This document shows positions 50,701 to 60,800 of a stretch of 64,000 nucleotides of DNA, piece by piece. Location of the stretch: the IMG/VR virus record IMGVR_UViG_2974731182_000001. One strand, written 5' to 3'. The position numbers and the translations under genes were made by a program. The notes beneath the pieces were generated by a model. That model saw only the letters and a list, made by a program, of their open reading frames with translations, searched no databases and had not been told where the DNA came from. The DNA comes from a virus. Its lineage: Duplodnaviria; Heunggongvirae; Uroviricota; Caudoviricetes; Crassvirales. How positions within the stretch are numbered: position 1 is the stretch's first letter; every line of letters begins with the position of its first letter.

Positions 50701-51810
50701 TATGGTCAATCTCTTCCTGCATATCTTGCTGAGATAGGCAATAGAGTAAAGACAAGCAAACTTGCCCTATGGGATGAGTTGTTCAATGTAATGCAGGAAT
50801 ATGAGCAGGATGTCAGAGAAGTGAACTTTGATAGGAAGACTTGGTTCAGCAGAATGTTTGGCACATCTACATTATTCTTTATGAATAATGCAGGAGAACA
50901 CTGGATGCAGAATAGAACTTCTTTAGCATTAGCAGATGCTTATAAGATGAAAGCTCCTAATGGTAAGATTGTTAGTCTATGGGATGCCATGGAGGTAGTA
51001 CCTATTGATAAAAATAATAAGAAACTAGGGGCTAAACTTCAATTAAAGCAGGGTTATAAAAAAGCTGATGGTTCTGATTTCACACAAGATGATATTATTA
51101 AATTTAGTCGAAGAAGTGCTGCGATTAATCAGAGAATGCACGGTATTTATAATAAAGCTGATAGATCTGCAGTGCAGAGATTGGCTATTGGTAGAATGGG
51201 TATGATGTTTAGGAAGTGGATAAAACCATCTTTGAATAGAAGATTCAAATCAGCTTCATATAACTATGACTTAGATGCTTGGACTGAAGGTTATTATAGA
51301 ACGAGTGGTAGATTTCTATTGCAGCTTGCAAGAGATTTAAGAGAGACTCAATTTAATATTGCCGCTAGGTGGAATGAACTTACTTCTACTGAAAAAGCTA
51401 ATATAAAAAGAGCCTTAACTGAAACAGGGCATTTCTTAGCAGTAATGGCTATTATAGGTCTCATTGAGTGGTCTGATGATAAGGATAGGCCATGGCTAGT
51501 CAGAATGACTGAATACCAGATGAGAAGATTATATACTGAATTAGGTGCTATGATACCTGGAAAATCTATGATTTCAGAAGGCTTAAAGATCATTAAATCT
51601 CCTGCTGCTGGTGTAAATACAATAGAAAATATACTGGATTTAACTAAATTACTCAATCCTTGGAACTATACAGATGAGATACAATCAGGCAGATATGAAG
51701 GACATAGCACAACATATAAGTCATTCTTTGAATCTCCTGTAATTCCAATGAATAGAACTATATACAGGGGATTACATCCAGAAACAGGAATTCCATTCTT
51801 TAAACAATGA
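47773..51810 (+). CDS. large virion-associated (cargo/ejected) protein
   Basis: 1345 aa, 6 nt downstream of the vRNAP-like gene, same operon. Confidence 0.55.
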   Translation: MSRNCAIIPQVRNNKDQIVDSRLFKDLLAYTGNNRAETTRLYLITKSSEFIKDWNPRLTLDENNEPTLRSLLQKTNFSDIIPESKVLERLNREIGYYKRGMDRPALWVNNDENYQKLLQKVISFNQTSDFRDDYVAKIIKIQDTESPRIFIGVKVEKRNRLNSIDADKMAYNANLNSRLRDILAANGIAVGALTDLEKRMGINGVTDFDVARTAANGMIEMIRLANGIEGEKALPEEFAHFAIEAMGESPLINRLINNLSSSGLIGEILGDEYETYNTLYKGDTAKLAKEAAGKLLAKHLLKSEPIGQKPYKNLLERVISAIKSFFKTINVNQIQKAIYEADKDFGRLARDILNGRMDEEISIDNIKSSDLFYQTNERIQRDRKVLQNIINNELKRLKIYEKRNPNSQFSTNQRLLIDRLEMELYDNNEIEGIYSFLDNALEELQKVSYRLELLRDTPATNVNERASVLRDVRNYMYSYKNIIEDIRKALVDEERYDDNRYGQRVRVLLNDTSNLLGDLFVKYNSVSMPLFVDFIKPFVGENIMIPFGKFKGKVIKAEDLVKMADKDISFFDRWLDSMADSSDYMLKVMDQAVKKSKEQARSRTIDVMKQLQAATIKLEKAGIKNTDWMFERDSKGNLSGNYISEINQALFKEKVREMFKSLNEKYGKNPVGENAEKYKKERQAWFDANMEIVNGKKVPKMSIYGNKQYQRLNAAQKEYYDTVMNIKSQLDSYLPEKYTTLTNAVKIRKDLLERVKSSDGVRSGAKQIWKSIKDEFIRRTDDVDFGDRATVKDFEGNEVQTLPIYFTKLKEGESANDLSTDIVSTLTAYAAMANDFDEMNKVIDVLELGRDLLRERQVIQTQGGKPLVEKFKAVGRKVESKLTKEGEATRFVQRLNDFFEMQVYGRYMADEGTFGKTNIDKGKVANFVNRVTSMNNLALNVLSGISNIATGKVMMRIESFAGEFFNEKNTITADRIYGQSLPAYLAEIGNRVKTSKLALWDELFNVMQEYEQDVREVNFDRKTWFSRMFGTSTLFFMNNAGEHWMQNRTSLALADAYKMKAPNGKIVSLWDAMEVVPIDKNNKKLGAKLQLKQGYKKADGSDFTQDDIIKFSRRSAAINQRMHGIYNKADRSAVQRLAIGRMGMMFRKWIKPSLNRRFKSASYNYDLDAWTEGYYRTSGRFLLQLARDLRETQFNIAARWNELTSTEKANIKRALTETGHFLAVMAIIGLIEWSDDKDRPWLVRMTEYQMRRLYTELGAMIPGKSMISEGLKIIKSPAAGVNTIENILDLTKLLNPWNYTDEIQSGRYEGHSTTYKSFFESPVIPMNRTIYRGLHPETGIPFFKQ

Positions 51811-51835
51811 AGTGTCTACTAATGAAGCATATTGT

Positions 51836-51876
51836 AGATAAAAAAAGGAGGAACAATATTCCTCCTTTTTTTTTGC
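51836..51876. terminator. Bidirectional intrinsic terminator between convergent giant genes
   Basis: A7 - GGAGGA - loop - TCCTCC - T9. It functions on both strands. Confidence 0.7.
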
Positions 51877-51908
51877 TTTCTCCCTAATAAAAAATTTCAC
51901 CATAATGT

Positions 51909-54900
51909 TCAGATGGCTAGACATGCAATAGCTTGATCTCTCTCGGCTATAGAGATAGAGTCAAATTGCTCTTTAGTCCATCCCTTATTAAGTAACTGCA
52001 TTTGAATATCTGAATCTAAAGAATCAAATAACAACTCAATTCCTGTAGATTTTCTAAGCCTATTCAATTCTCTTTCCTTATATTTATTAAACATCGGAAT
52101 AGTTAACAGTTGAATTTTATGACCTACAGCATTATTGGCTCCTTTTCTAGTAATTCTATATAAAAATTCTTCTCTTATATTACTATCACGGAAGGCTCTC
52201 ATGGCTGCATCTACGGTATAATAGGTTTTATAATTGAGTTTTCTCACCTCTTCATTAGCCTTCTTGAATTCATCATTCAATGTTTTTTCCAGCTCTTCTG
52301 GAGATACTATTCTATTCCTAGATTGATTAATTAAGGAAATATCAAGTTTATCTCCAGCATATTTGCCCTCATTTATCATCTGATAATAAGCAATAAGATG
52401 TGGCTGTATCCTATTCCAATTTGTTACCTTTACATATAGGTCCCTAAAGAAATTTTTTATCCTATTAAAAAGTCCTTCAGCTTGCCTAGTTTGCATATAT
52501 TCTCTAAAGCCTTCTGCCATATCCTCCTCAAGATCCAACTCAGATTTATCTCCATACATTTCTCTAGCCTCAGCTAATAATCCTTGCCTTTCTGTTTGGT
52601 CCAGAAGGAGGTTGAAAACAACATGGAATGCTTCATGATAGACAGTTCCTTCTGCAGCTATATCAGATAGAGTAACTATACCATTGTTAAATTGCCCCCA
52701 AGCTAAAGTTCCTTGGCTACCAACTCTAATAAGGCCTTTTACTACTCTTATTCTGTCATCTTCTGATAATTTAGGAAGTACCTTTCTTATCCAAGCAAGT
52801 TCCTTTTCTTGGTTCCAAATACCTCTTACTCCACTATCTACTTCTCTTAATTTATGTCTGGTTCTTGAAGCTTTTCTATTATTTACAGTTTGTTCAGCTT
52901 GAGCTGCTTTAGCTGCTCCAGACTCAGTAGAGGTGGATAATATATTAGCAGGAGTCTCAGGTTTAGGTACTTCAACTGCAGGAGCAGATGAAGGATCGAA
53001 TATAAGAGTTTTCTCATTTGATATATCTAGCACTCTCTGAGGATTACCATTAAGTATCTTCCTGATAGTATCCTTAGCTTGCTGTTCAGTAAGAGTCATT
53101 GGGTCATTCTTAATAAGAGTAATTGAATTACCATTAGGAAATATCGCCATATATGAATTACTTGCAACATGAGCTTCTTCACCCTGTCTACCAAATCCCT
53201 TAGTTATATTAGGTATCTTAGCCATATACACATCAACACCATTCACTTTACCAATAGGAGTTAAGTAGCTCTTATGCAACTTACTATCTCTTACGAAATA
53301 GCCTACTTTGCTATCCTCAAGACTATATTCAGGAAGTACATTATTAATAGGATCTTGTGTTTCAAGAGCACTATTAAAGACTGGTACTGTTGAATTAGTA
53401 GAAGTAGGCTCACTTGCTTTTACAGCACCTACTAATGGCACATTAACACTAGGATTATAAGTAATTATTATACCCTTCTCCTTTGTTACTCCCTCAACAA
53501 TATCCTTATTATAGCTAGTAACAAATGGTAAAATAGCAAGTGTTGTAACAGGAGCATGATACTGAGACTCAAATAGATTTTTGTATGCAGATAATTGTAG
53601 AGTATAATAGTCTCTAGTACTTATTCTTTGAGTGGCTGATGGATTAGTAAAGTAATTTACTTTGTTACCATATCTATCTATAAAGTCATAAAAACTATAC
53701 CTACTTGTTTTTACATCATATATTCTAAAATTTCCATCTGCATCAACTGAAAGAATATCAACTTCTCCTGCAACTCTTGTTCCATCAGCATACTTTTGAA
53801 ATAGTACAATATTATTAGTTAAAAATCTCTCACCTCTTGATTCAATATTAGATCTAATTTCTGTAAGTGAAGAAATTAAGTCTGCAAAGGCTTTCTCATT
53901 CATATTATCAGGTCTTATAGGGGTATCATTCGATGTAAAGAAGTTCCTGATTACACTATCTACGGCAGTGCCAGCATTTAGAGCTCTCTGTGACTTAGTT
54001 TCAGACATACTATCCCTTATAATGTTTACAATAGTATCTCTATTTCTTACATCAATCTTCCCACTAAAAGCACTTAAATCAACTTTCCAGTGATTACCTA
54101 AATACTTCAAATAGTTATTATACTGAGTAACATTATCTGATAATTGAGATAATTTTACTCTTATATCTTTGAGAGAATCAGACTGTTTCTTTGACTCAAC
54201 CCAATTACTTCCTAATCTATTATGTACTCTTTCATATGCATGATACTGGCCATCTTCCTCAAGTATATAGTAGAATTCACTATCAGTTCTTGCCTTATCT
54301 ACTTTCTTTTGGTTCTCAGCTATTTGTGCTATGACTTTCTTACTATCTCCTACAGTTCTTTCTCTTCCAGCAATCTTATCTTTAACCTTCTGAGCATTTT
54401 CACCTGTTAAATATTTTTGAGTTCCTCTATCTAATACCTGACCACTTGGTAATAGAATTCTGTTATTCCATATCAAAGAGCCATTGGTAGCATCACCAAA
54501 GTTAGCATTTGCCCAAGCTAAGTCACTGATTAATTGAGCATTTTCAGGATATATTCTCTGATTATTACTATCGTATATAATACCAGTAGTTAAGTCTACT
54601 CCATAAGTAACACCATCAATAACCACCTTAGTACCTGTGATAACACCTTCAGTTCCACCTACAGGGGTTTCTATCTTCCTTGTAGTATCTGGAGATATGG
54701 ATGCAAGACTTATAGCTTGATGTAGGTTACCCTCTATATCAAAGTAATCAGTAGTAAACCAACTACTTATTACCCTTGCATCTGAGATATTTGATGTAAG
54801 TACATTAGAATTGATAAGCATATTATTGTACCCACCTTTATTCAACATACCTAGATTCACTTGAAGGAGTAAATTGAAGTCAAGAAGAATTTCCCTTATT

Positions 54901-57900
54901 TCCTTCGAGATATCATCAATATTTTTTAAAGCAGGTCCTGTCTGTATCTCCTTATCTCCTATAATAGAATATAGAGTATTTTGGTCCCATTTTTCAGTCA
55001 AGAATACTGTTTTTACAGTCTCCTTCCTTATCCTTTTACCATCTTTCTCTTCATATATCTCATTACCTTGAGCATCTCTTTGTACTTTAGTAAATCTAAT
55101 ACCATTACCTGCATCTGATGTAAACCAATCAATATGCAAATCTCCAGTGTAAAGGTTAGTTGAAAGAGACTTTACTGCATTATTTAAGTCATCTTCACTC
55201 AATGAATTAGCAAGTGCTTCAATAGACTCCTGTATATTTTTATACATCTGTGCGCTTTGTATTTCAATATCATCAGGATTGAATTCAGTTTTATTGAAGT
55301 GCTTCACTCTTAAAGCAGCAGGTGAATATTTACCAGCAGCATTAGGAATAAGTAGATACATTCTACCCTCTTTTTGAGCCATATCTACTGGTTTGATAAT
55401 AAGACTATCATCTATTTTACCATTAGTAGAAAGAGTACCATTCTTGATTATACCAAAGATAGGTTCTCTACCTTCCCCTAATACATTAGGTATATTAGCC
55501 AAGCTTCTTTCCTCAGTACTATAAGGTATTCTACCTACCATTATTTGTGATACTCTTGTGGTAGGAGTAGCAATGAATTTCTTAGTTTTATCACCTCTTT
55601 GTGCAAATTCAGCTTTTATCTTCTCTTCAAGACCAGCAAGACCTTCATATCTACTTACTGAATAGTCAGATTCGTCAAGACTACCTACAATCTGATTGTT
55701 TCTTCTATCTACAATGAAAATTGTATGGTCATTGAATTCAGGGTCAATCATAAATCCAAGCTCATCACCTACCTTTAGATTACTCTCATTCACATAAGTA
55801 AATGCACCATTATCTTTTAGATAGTTATATAACTCATCAAAATTTACCCCATGCTCCCTTTCAGCAGCTACTATATTGAATGGTCTAAAATCTCCCTCCT
55901 TGCTTGCTTGAATATGCAGTTCAGGTATTGAAGGTCTATAATAAGGCCTTTTACCCTTTTGTTTACTATCAAGTGATTGTGGAGTCTCTATTCTGTCATT
56001 AGTTTCCTTATTCTCATCTCTTACTTGAGTTGAAGTTATATTACCTGCAGGAGGCTCATAAGTAGTAACAGGAAACCCTCCAGTATCAACTGAAGGAATA
56101 GTAGAGGTTTCACTATCTCCTGTAGTGTCTTTTGTAGGAGCTGAAGGATTTGGTTTACCTTTTTCCCTTAATGTTCTATAATCTTGTGAGAATCTATTTT
56201 TAAATCTATTTTCATTATTGACTTGATTCATTGCTCTGAGAAGAGCATATTGAGCCTCTTGAAATTTAATAGTATTCTCCTCAGGAGTTAAATTGTCATC
56301 ATATAAAGCATACGAGTTATCAATATATATAGAGTTAGGATTTGCTATCTCTTCTAAATTAGAAGAGTTCTCAAATTGGTCTTGAAGAAGTTTAAGAGCA
56401 TCCATTTTAATATCTGGACTTTCATTGAGAGAATTAATTACTCTTTGTACTTCTGTATTATATGAGTTTGTTTCTTCATAATTCTTAGATATCTCATTAC
56501 CTTCATCCTCAAGAGATTTAAGTGTTTCTTCTTTTATAGCAATATCTTCTTCCTCATTAAGAGCCTGCCTAAACTCAGATAAATTAGTAGCTGAAAGTAA
56601 CTTACTCTTTAGATTATCAGATTTTCTCTTAGATTCCTTCTTAGCAACCTCCTCAGTAGAGGATACTATGTCTTCTTGAAGTTTAGTAGGATTCTCAAGA
56701 TACTCCTTTAGTTTAGTATTATAATTAGCAGTTGCATTTACTAACTTCACAATATCATCAATCTTTTCATTGAATACTTGTGCATCATCAGCAGCTACAC
56801 CACTAAGAGGACTTTCTACTACTGACTTGATTCCCTCTACTAACTTAGGATCTTTTGATAAAAGATAAGTAAAGGTTTTATCATCAAGATTTCTTACAGT
56901 CTCAAGGATAGACATGTTCTTTCTTATCTGCCTTTCATTCTTATCAGCAGAATTATACAAATCAGTTAATCCTGCATGAGCTCTACCTTCCTCAGTCTTA
57001 ACTGAATTATACATATTAGCAAGCTGAGACATACTTCCTAATATAGTACCTATAGTAGGTTTAATCTCACTTGAAAGTTGATTAGCCCTATCCTGCCAAT
57101 TACCAATTTGAGCTTTTAGCCATGTTAATTCTTCAAGCTGTTCATCATTTAACTGTTGTCCTGTTCTTACATCAATATCATCTTTAATCTTAGTATAGCT
57201 TGTGATAGTATTAAGCATCTCATCTTTTGTTTGAGTCAGCTTATCTATCATTTCCTGCTTTCCTTCTGGAGTACTATACATGGGATTACCATTTCTGTCA
57301 ATAAATGGACCAACTTTAACTTCTTTACCACTTTCATCAGTTATAGTGGAAGTAGTATTTTCAACTATAGATGCAAGGTTTTCATCAGAGGTATCATAGG
57401 CGGCATTAACTAGAGTAGTTAAATCCTCAAGTTTTCCCGCATTATCAAACATCGCAATATCAGAAACTAACTGAGCATATTCAGCATTTTTGAACTCAAA
57501 CTCATTATTCTCTTCTACAGCCTGGTTCATATCAGTTTGATATTTATTATGTCTAATGAGCCCTTGGTAATAATTCTTGAATTCAGGAGACTGAACTCTA
57601 TTGTTCATATAATTAGCTATTTCAGTCTCTCTGTTTATCTTATCCATATACTCCCTAAATCCACCATAGATTCCTCCCTCAAGAGTAATAGGAGACTGTA
57701 ATCTACCATCACTACTTCTCACTCCTCTGAATCTAGGCATGCCAAGAGCTCCAGTAAGAGTACCTATAAAAAATTCTTCCCAAGATGATCCATCATTCAC
57801 TGTTTCATTAATTCCTTGAGCAAAGGATTTTATCCAACTTAATGTCTCTTGTTCAGCTTGCGGATCTATTTTAGCTTTATAGAAATTGTTTACATCATCT

Positions 57901-59072
57901 TCGTAATAATTACCGGATATTCTACTTGCTGCTCCTTGTGAAATCTCTTCAAGACCTTCAGAGAGGGCTCCCATAGTAGATTTAGCTACCCCTCTACCTA
58001 TAGTTCTTTTAGTAGTATATTCTCCAGCTTCTCCAACTATGTTAGTTGCCTTTCTTGCTGTCTTAAATCCATTAGCATACATCTTACCGAACTGGATAAT
58101 ATTAGAAGCTGTAAGTACTGGTAGGTTCATCAATAGATCCATATTACCCATCTTCAATCTATCTTCAGTTAATCTACTGATAGACGATGAATGAGCCTCT
58201 TGTAGAGCTAGACCTAATTCACTTATATTCCCAGTTAAAGTAATAGTACCATCTTCTCCTCTCACATAAGATTGACCTATAGCATCTAATCTACTAGTAT
58301 AATCATCATCGATCTGTGCTTTCTGTAAATTAAACCAATCAGTTGAATTATTTAATGCTTCTATTCTACCTTCATTAACAGCAGATGCTACAGCTCCTAC
58401 TCCAGATGTTACAAGCTTTGGAGCTTTTGAGCTCTTTGTTATAGCACCTATTATTTGAGGTAGCCCAGTTGATTTCAAGGTCTTAGAGATGAGATTACCT
58501 CCATAAAAAGCTCCTACTGTAAATCCTAGGTTTTTTATAAACTTGTCCCCTATAAAGTTGGCAGTAAATATATTATCATACCAAGGGCCTTCTTGCTCTT
58601 CTCTGGTGTAGTAATTGGGAAGGGCTTCTTCAGCCCACTCATTAACTGACTGTAATGCTTTATCAAAGGGATTATCCCATAGTCCTGACCATCTTCCTTC
58701 CTCTATAGCTGTTTTAGCACCAAACAATAATCCAAGAGTACCACTTAAGAATGTAGTACCTGCTAGAACTGCACCTTTAGCTAAACCATTTGATATTTGA
58801 GAATACCAGGGTTGTAACTCTCCCCTGGTATTTTCTAAATCTTGTAATTGAGTAAGAGAAGTTATACCTCTATCGAAATAAGAATCTCCTACTCCTACCT
58901 CTCCAACCTCTTGAATTATAGGTTCTGGAGATGCAGCCTTTCTCATTTTATATTCTGGTATACTCCTACTATATCCAAGTTCATCTAGATATCTATTTAT
59001 CCCTTCAGTGGTATTTAAACCTTTTAATCCAGAAATTCCCCTTTTAGAAGGATCATTTATTCCATTTGCCAT
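51909..59072 (-). CDS. giant virion structural/ejected protein with zincin-like HExxH motif
   Basis: 2387 aa; 'GTVYHEAFHVVFNLL' (HExxH) near the C-terminus; long low-complexity S/T/N-rich stretches. Confidence 0.55.
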   Translation of the reverse strand: MANGINDPSKRGISGLKGLNTTEGINRYLDELGYSRSIPEYKMRKAASPEPIIQEVGEVGVGDSYFDRGITSLTQLQDLENTRGELQPWYSQISNGLAKGAVLAGTTFLSGTLGLLFGAKTAIEEGRWSGLWDNPFDKALQSVNEWAEEALPNYYTREEQEGPWYDNIFTANFIGDKFIKNLGFTVGAFYGGNLISKTLKSTGLPQIIGAITKSSKAPKLVTSGVGAVASAVNEGRIEALNNSTDWFNLQKAQIDDDYTSRLDAIGQSYVRGEDGTITLTGNISELGLALQEAHSSSISRLTEDRLKMGNMDLLMNLPVLTASNIIQFGKMYANGFKTARKATNIVGEAGEYTTKRTIGRGVAKSTMGALSEGLEEISQGAASRISGNYYEDDVNNFYKAKIDPQAEQETLSWIKSFAQGINETVNDGSSWEEFFIGTLTGALGMPRFRGVRSSDGRLQSPITLEGGIYGGFREYMDKINRETEIANYMNNRVQSPEFKNYYQGLIRHNKYQTDMNQAVEENNEFEFKNAEYAQLVSDIAMFDNAGKLEDLTTLVNAAYDTSDENLASIVENTTSTITDESGKEVKVGPFIDRNGNPMYSTPEGKQEMIDKLTQTKDEMLNTITSYTKIKDDIDVRTGQQLNDEQLEELTWLKAQIGNWQDRANQLSSEIKPTIGTILGSMSQLANMYNSVKTEEGRAHAGLTDLYNSADKNERQIRKNMSILETVRNLDDKTFTYLLSKDPKLVEGIKSVVESPLSGVAADDAQVFNEKIDDIVKLVNATANYNTKLKEYLENPTKLQEDIVSSTEEVAKKESKRKSDNLKSKLLSATNLSEFRQALNEEEDIAIKEETLKSLEDEGNEISKNYEETNSYNTEVQRVINSLNESPDIKMDALKLLQDQFENSSNLEEIANPNSIYIDNSYALYDDNLTPEENTIKFQEAQYALLRAMNQVNNENRFKNRFSQDYRTLREKGKPNPSAPTKDTTGDSETSTIPSVDTGGFPVTTYEPPAGNITSTQVRDENKETNDRIETPQSLDSKQKGKRPYYRPSIPELHIQASKEGDFRPFNIVAAEREHGVNFDELYNYLKDNGAFTYVNESNLKVGDELGFMIDPEFNDHTIFIVDRRNNQIVGSLDESDYSVSRYEGLAGLEEKIKAEFAQRGDKTKKFIATPTTRVSQIMVGRIPYSTEERSLANIPNVLGEGREPIFGIIKNGTLSTNGKIDDSLIIKPVDMAQKEGRMYLLIPNAAGKYSPAALRVKHFNKTEFNPDDIEIQSAQMYKNIQESIEALANSLSEDDLNNAVKSLSTNLYTGDLHIDWFTSDAGNGIRFTKVQRDAQGNEIYEEKDGKRIRKETVKTVFLTEKWDQNTLYSIIGDKEIQTGPALKNIDDISKEIREILLDFNLLLQVNLGMLNKGGYNNMLINSNVLTSNISDARVISSWFTTDYFDIEGNLHQAISLASISPDTTRKIETPVGGTEGVITGTKVVIDGVTYGVDLTTGIIYDSNNQRIYPENAQLISDLAWANANFGDATNGSLIWNNRILLPSGQVLDRGTQKYLTGENAQKVKDKIAGRERTVGDSKKVIAQIAENQKKVDKARTDSEFYYILEEDGQYHAYERVHNRLGSNWVESKKQSDSLKDIRVKLSQLSDNVTQYNNYLKYLGNHWKVDLSAFSGKIDVRNRDTIVNIIRDSMSETKSQRALNAGTAVDSVIRNFFTSNDTPIRPDNMNEKAFADLISSLTEIRSNIESRGERFLTNNIVLFQKYADGTRVAGEVDILSVDADGNFRIYDVKTSRYSFYDFIDRYGNKVNYFTNPSATQRISTRDYYTLQLSAYKNLFESQYHAPVTTLAILPFVTSYNKDIVEGVTKEKGIIITYNPSVNVPLVGAVKASEPTSTNSTVPVFNSALETQDPINNVLPEYSLEDSKVGYFVRDSKLHKSYLTPIGKVNGVDVYMAKIPNITKGFGRQGEEAHVASNSYMAIFPNGNSITLIKNDPMTLTEQQAKDTIRKILNGNPQRVLDISNEKTLIFDPSSAPAVEVPKPETPANILSTSTESGAAKAAQAEQTVNNRKASRTRHKLREVDSGVRGIWNQEKELAWIRKVLPKLSEDDRIRVVKGLIRVGSQGTLAWGQFNNGIVTLSDIAAEGTVYHEAFHVVFNLLLDQTERQGLLAEAREMYGDKSELDLEEDMAEGFREYMQTRQAEGLFNRIKNFFRDLYVKVTNWNRIQPHLIAYYQMINEGKYAGDKLDISLINQSRNRIVSPEELEKTLNDEFKKANEEVRKLNYKTYYTVDAAMRAFRDSNIREEFLYRITRKGANNAVGHKIQLLTIPMFNKYKERELNRLRKSTGIELLFDSLDSDIQMQLLNKGWTKEQFDSISIAERDQAIACLAI

Positions 59073-59083
59073 TATGATTAATT

Positions 59084-60799
59084 TTAATTTCTATAATAAG
59101 AAGCTGCTTCCTCTTCTTTTGCTGACATAGTATTTCCTTGTGTCTTTGCTATAGAATTAAAGTAACTATCTAAATCTTCCATTAATCTAGTAGATATAGC
59201 AGTAGCAGCTTCTACATCATTATTCTCTATACTCTCATTAATTAAATCTATAAGGTATTGATATCTATTATAGATTCTCCCTCCAACATTTATAGATTCT
59301 CCAGCTATTACTTCTGGGTCAAGAAGGAATGATTTAGTCTTATATGTTTTACCATCTTGAATGCTTCCTCTAAGCACCACACCCAATGAAGGATCAAACT
59401 CAATCTGTGCATCTTTATTAATATAACCAATTACGTCTTCTAACTTAGAAGGTTTACTTTTTACTTTTCCATCCTCTATTTCAAATGCTCCAGTGTCATC
59501 ATTTGCTCTTTGACTTCTGGATCTGATATTCTCTGCTAGTATTCTAGACCCTAAATCAAAGTTCGTGTTTGTAAGAGCATAGCCTGTACTTCTTATAGCA
59601 CTCTTTCTTATTCTAGATTCTAATTCTTCTGCTGCTTTAATTAACCCTTCTGTAGAATTATTTCCGTTATCTCCTATATTAAAGTTAACGTTTATACCAT
59701 ATTTTTTACTTATATCGGAAAGTCTCTTCATATAAGATTGTGTTACAACATCTCCTGGAGCAATATTAATATCAGCACTACCTGGCTCTCCTCTACCTTT
59801 TACCCCAGGGTAATAGGTCTTTTGAACATCAAGAGCTTTTGATGGATTACTTGCTAACTCTCTTAGAAATTCAGCATCACTCTTCATTTGAGTAGTATTC
59901 CTTATTTGTTCATTAGTTCTAGTTATAGGTATGGCTCTCCATGGTACTCTAGGAACTGTTGCTGAAGAAGAGCTTCCAGCAGCTTGTCTAGCAGCTAGTC
60001 TTGCTCCATAATTCTCTATAGGTGTTACTCTTTCCTCTCCAATAGCATCCCATAATCCCATCCCTGCATACTGGTAAGCTCTATCTAATGTATCCATATC
60101 TCCCCAAGAAGGAATAGGAGAAGCATTTACAGCTGCATCCATTATAGCTCTTAATGCTTTATTACTTCTTTTGTCATTAGGATGTTCTATTGCATATAGA
60201 ACATCATCAGAAGATACATTATATTTAGTCAGGAAGGTGTTAGTATAAGCATCGATAGGTTTACCTTTCTTATATTCTTTTAACTCCTTAGCTAAATTTC
60301 TGGCCATTTGAGAAGTTTGAGATGCTAGAGTCTGTCCTGAATAAGCAGTGTAACTTAAGTTAGGATTTCTTACGTAATCATCTAGATTAGTAAAGGCTGC
60401 TTCTCTATCAAACATCAAAGTGTTATCCTTTAACTTAGCTTGTTTCTGAGCTTCTATATCTCTTACTTTAGCTGCATATCCTTGTTCTATAGGTACTATC
60501 TGCTGACTATATCTAGTTCTCATATTATTCAAACCTTGTCTGGAAGCAGGAGTAAGACCAGAAGTAGCTAATTGATCAGCTTGATATTTTAAATCATCTG
60601 CATAGGTCTTATACATATTATATGTGTATGGAGAATCCTGTTCATTAGCTATATTTTCCCATACATTGGCCTTAGTAGATAATTCATTATATTGGTCTTC
60701 TACAGCTTGATGAGCAGCTTCAGCAAGTTGTATAGGTTGTATTAATTCAGCATAAGAAAAGGGTTTGAATTTACTACCGGTTATTACATATCTTGCCAT
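59084..60799 (-). CDS. virion/tail-associated protein
   Basis: 571 aa, collinear with the giant minus-strand gene. Confidence 0.5.
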   Translation of the reverse strand: MARYVITGSKFKPFSYAELIQPIQLAEAAHQAVEDQYNELSTKANVWENIANEQDSPYTYNMYKTYADDLKYQADQLATSGLTPASRQGLNNMRTRYSQQIVPIEQGYAAKVRDIEAQKQAKLKDNTLMFDREAAFTNLDDYVRNPNLSYTAYSGQTLASQTSQMARNLAKELKEYKKGKPIDAYTNTFLTKYNVSSDDVLYAIEHPNDKRSNKALRAIMDAAVNASPIPSWGDMDTLDRAYQYAGMGLWDAIGEERVTPIENYGARLAARQAAGSSSSATVPRVPWRAIPITRTNEQIRNTTQMKSDAEFLRELASNPSKALDVQKTYYPGVKGRGEPGSADINIAPGDVVTQSYMKRLSDISKKYGINVNFNIGDNGNNSTEGLIKAAEELESRIRKSAIRSTGYALTNTNFDLGSRILAENIRSRSQRANDDTGAFEIEDGKVKSKPSKLEDVIGYINKDAQIEFDPSLGVVLRGSIQDGKTYKTKSFLLDPEVIAGESINVGGRIYNRYQYLIDLINESIENNDVEAATAISTRLMEDLDSYFNSIAKTQGNTMSAKEEEAASYYRN

Positions 60800-60800
60800 A

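Noticed and set aside
40467-59072. Numerous 60-120-aa ORFs on the opposite strand inside the giant genes (e.g. 40467-40934, 41775-41987, 42813-43163, 52684-52902, 54222-54410)
   Set aside because: They are antisense to long, clearly coding frames and have S/L/F-rich low-complexity translations. These are spurious frames generated by AT-rich codon usage.
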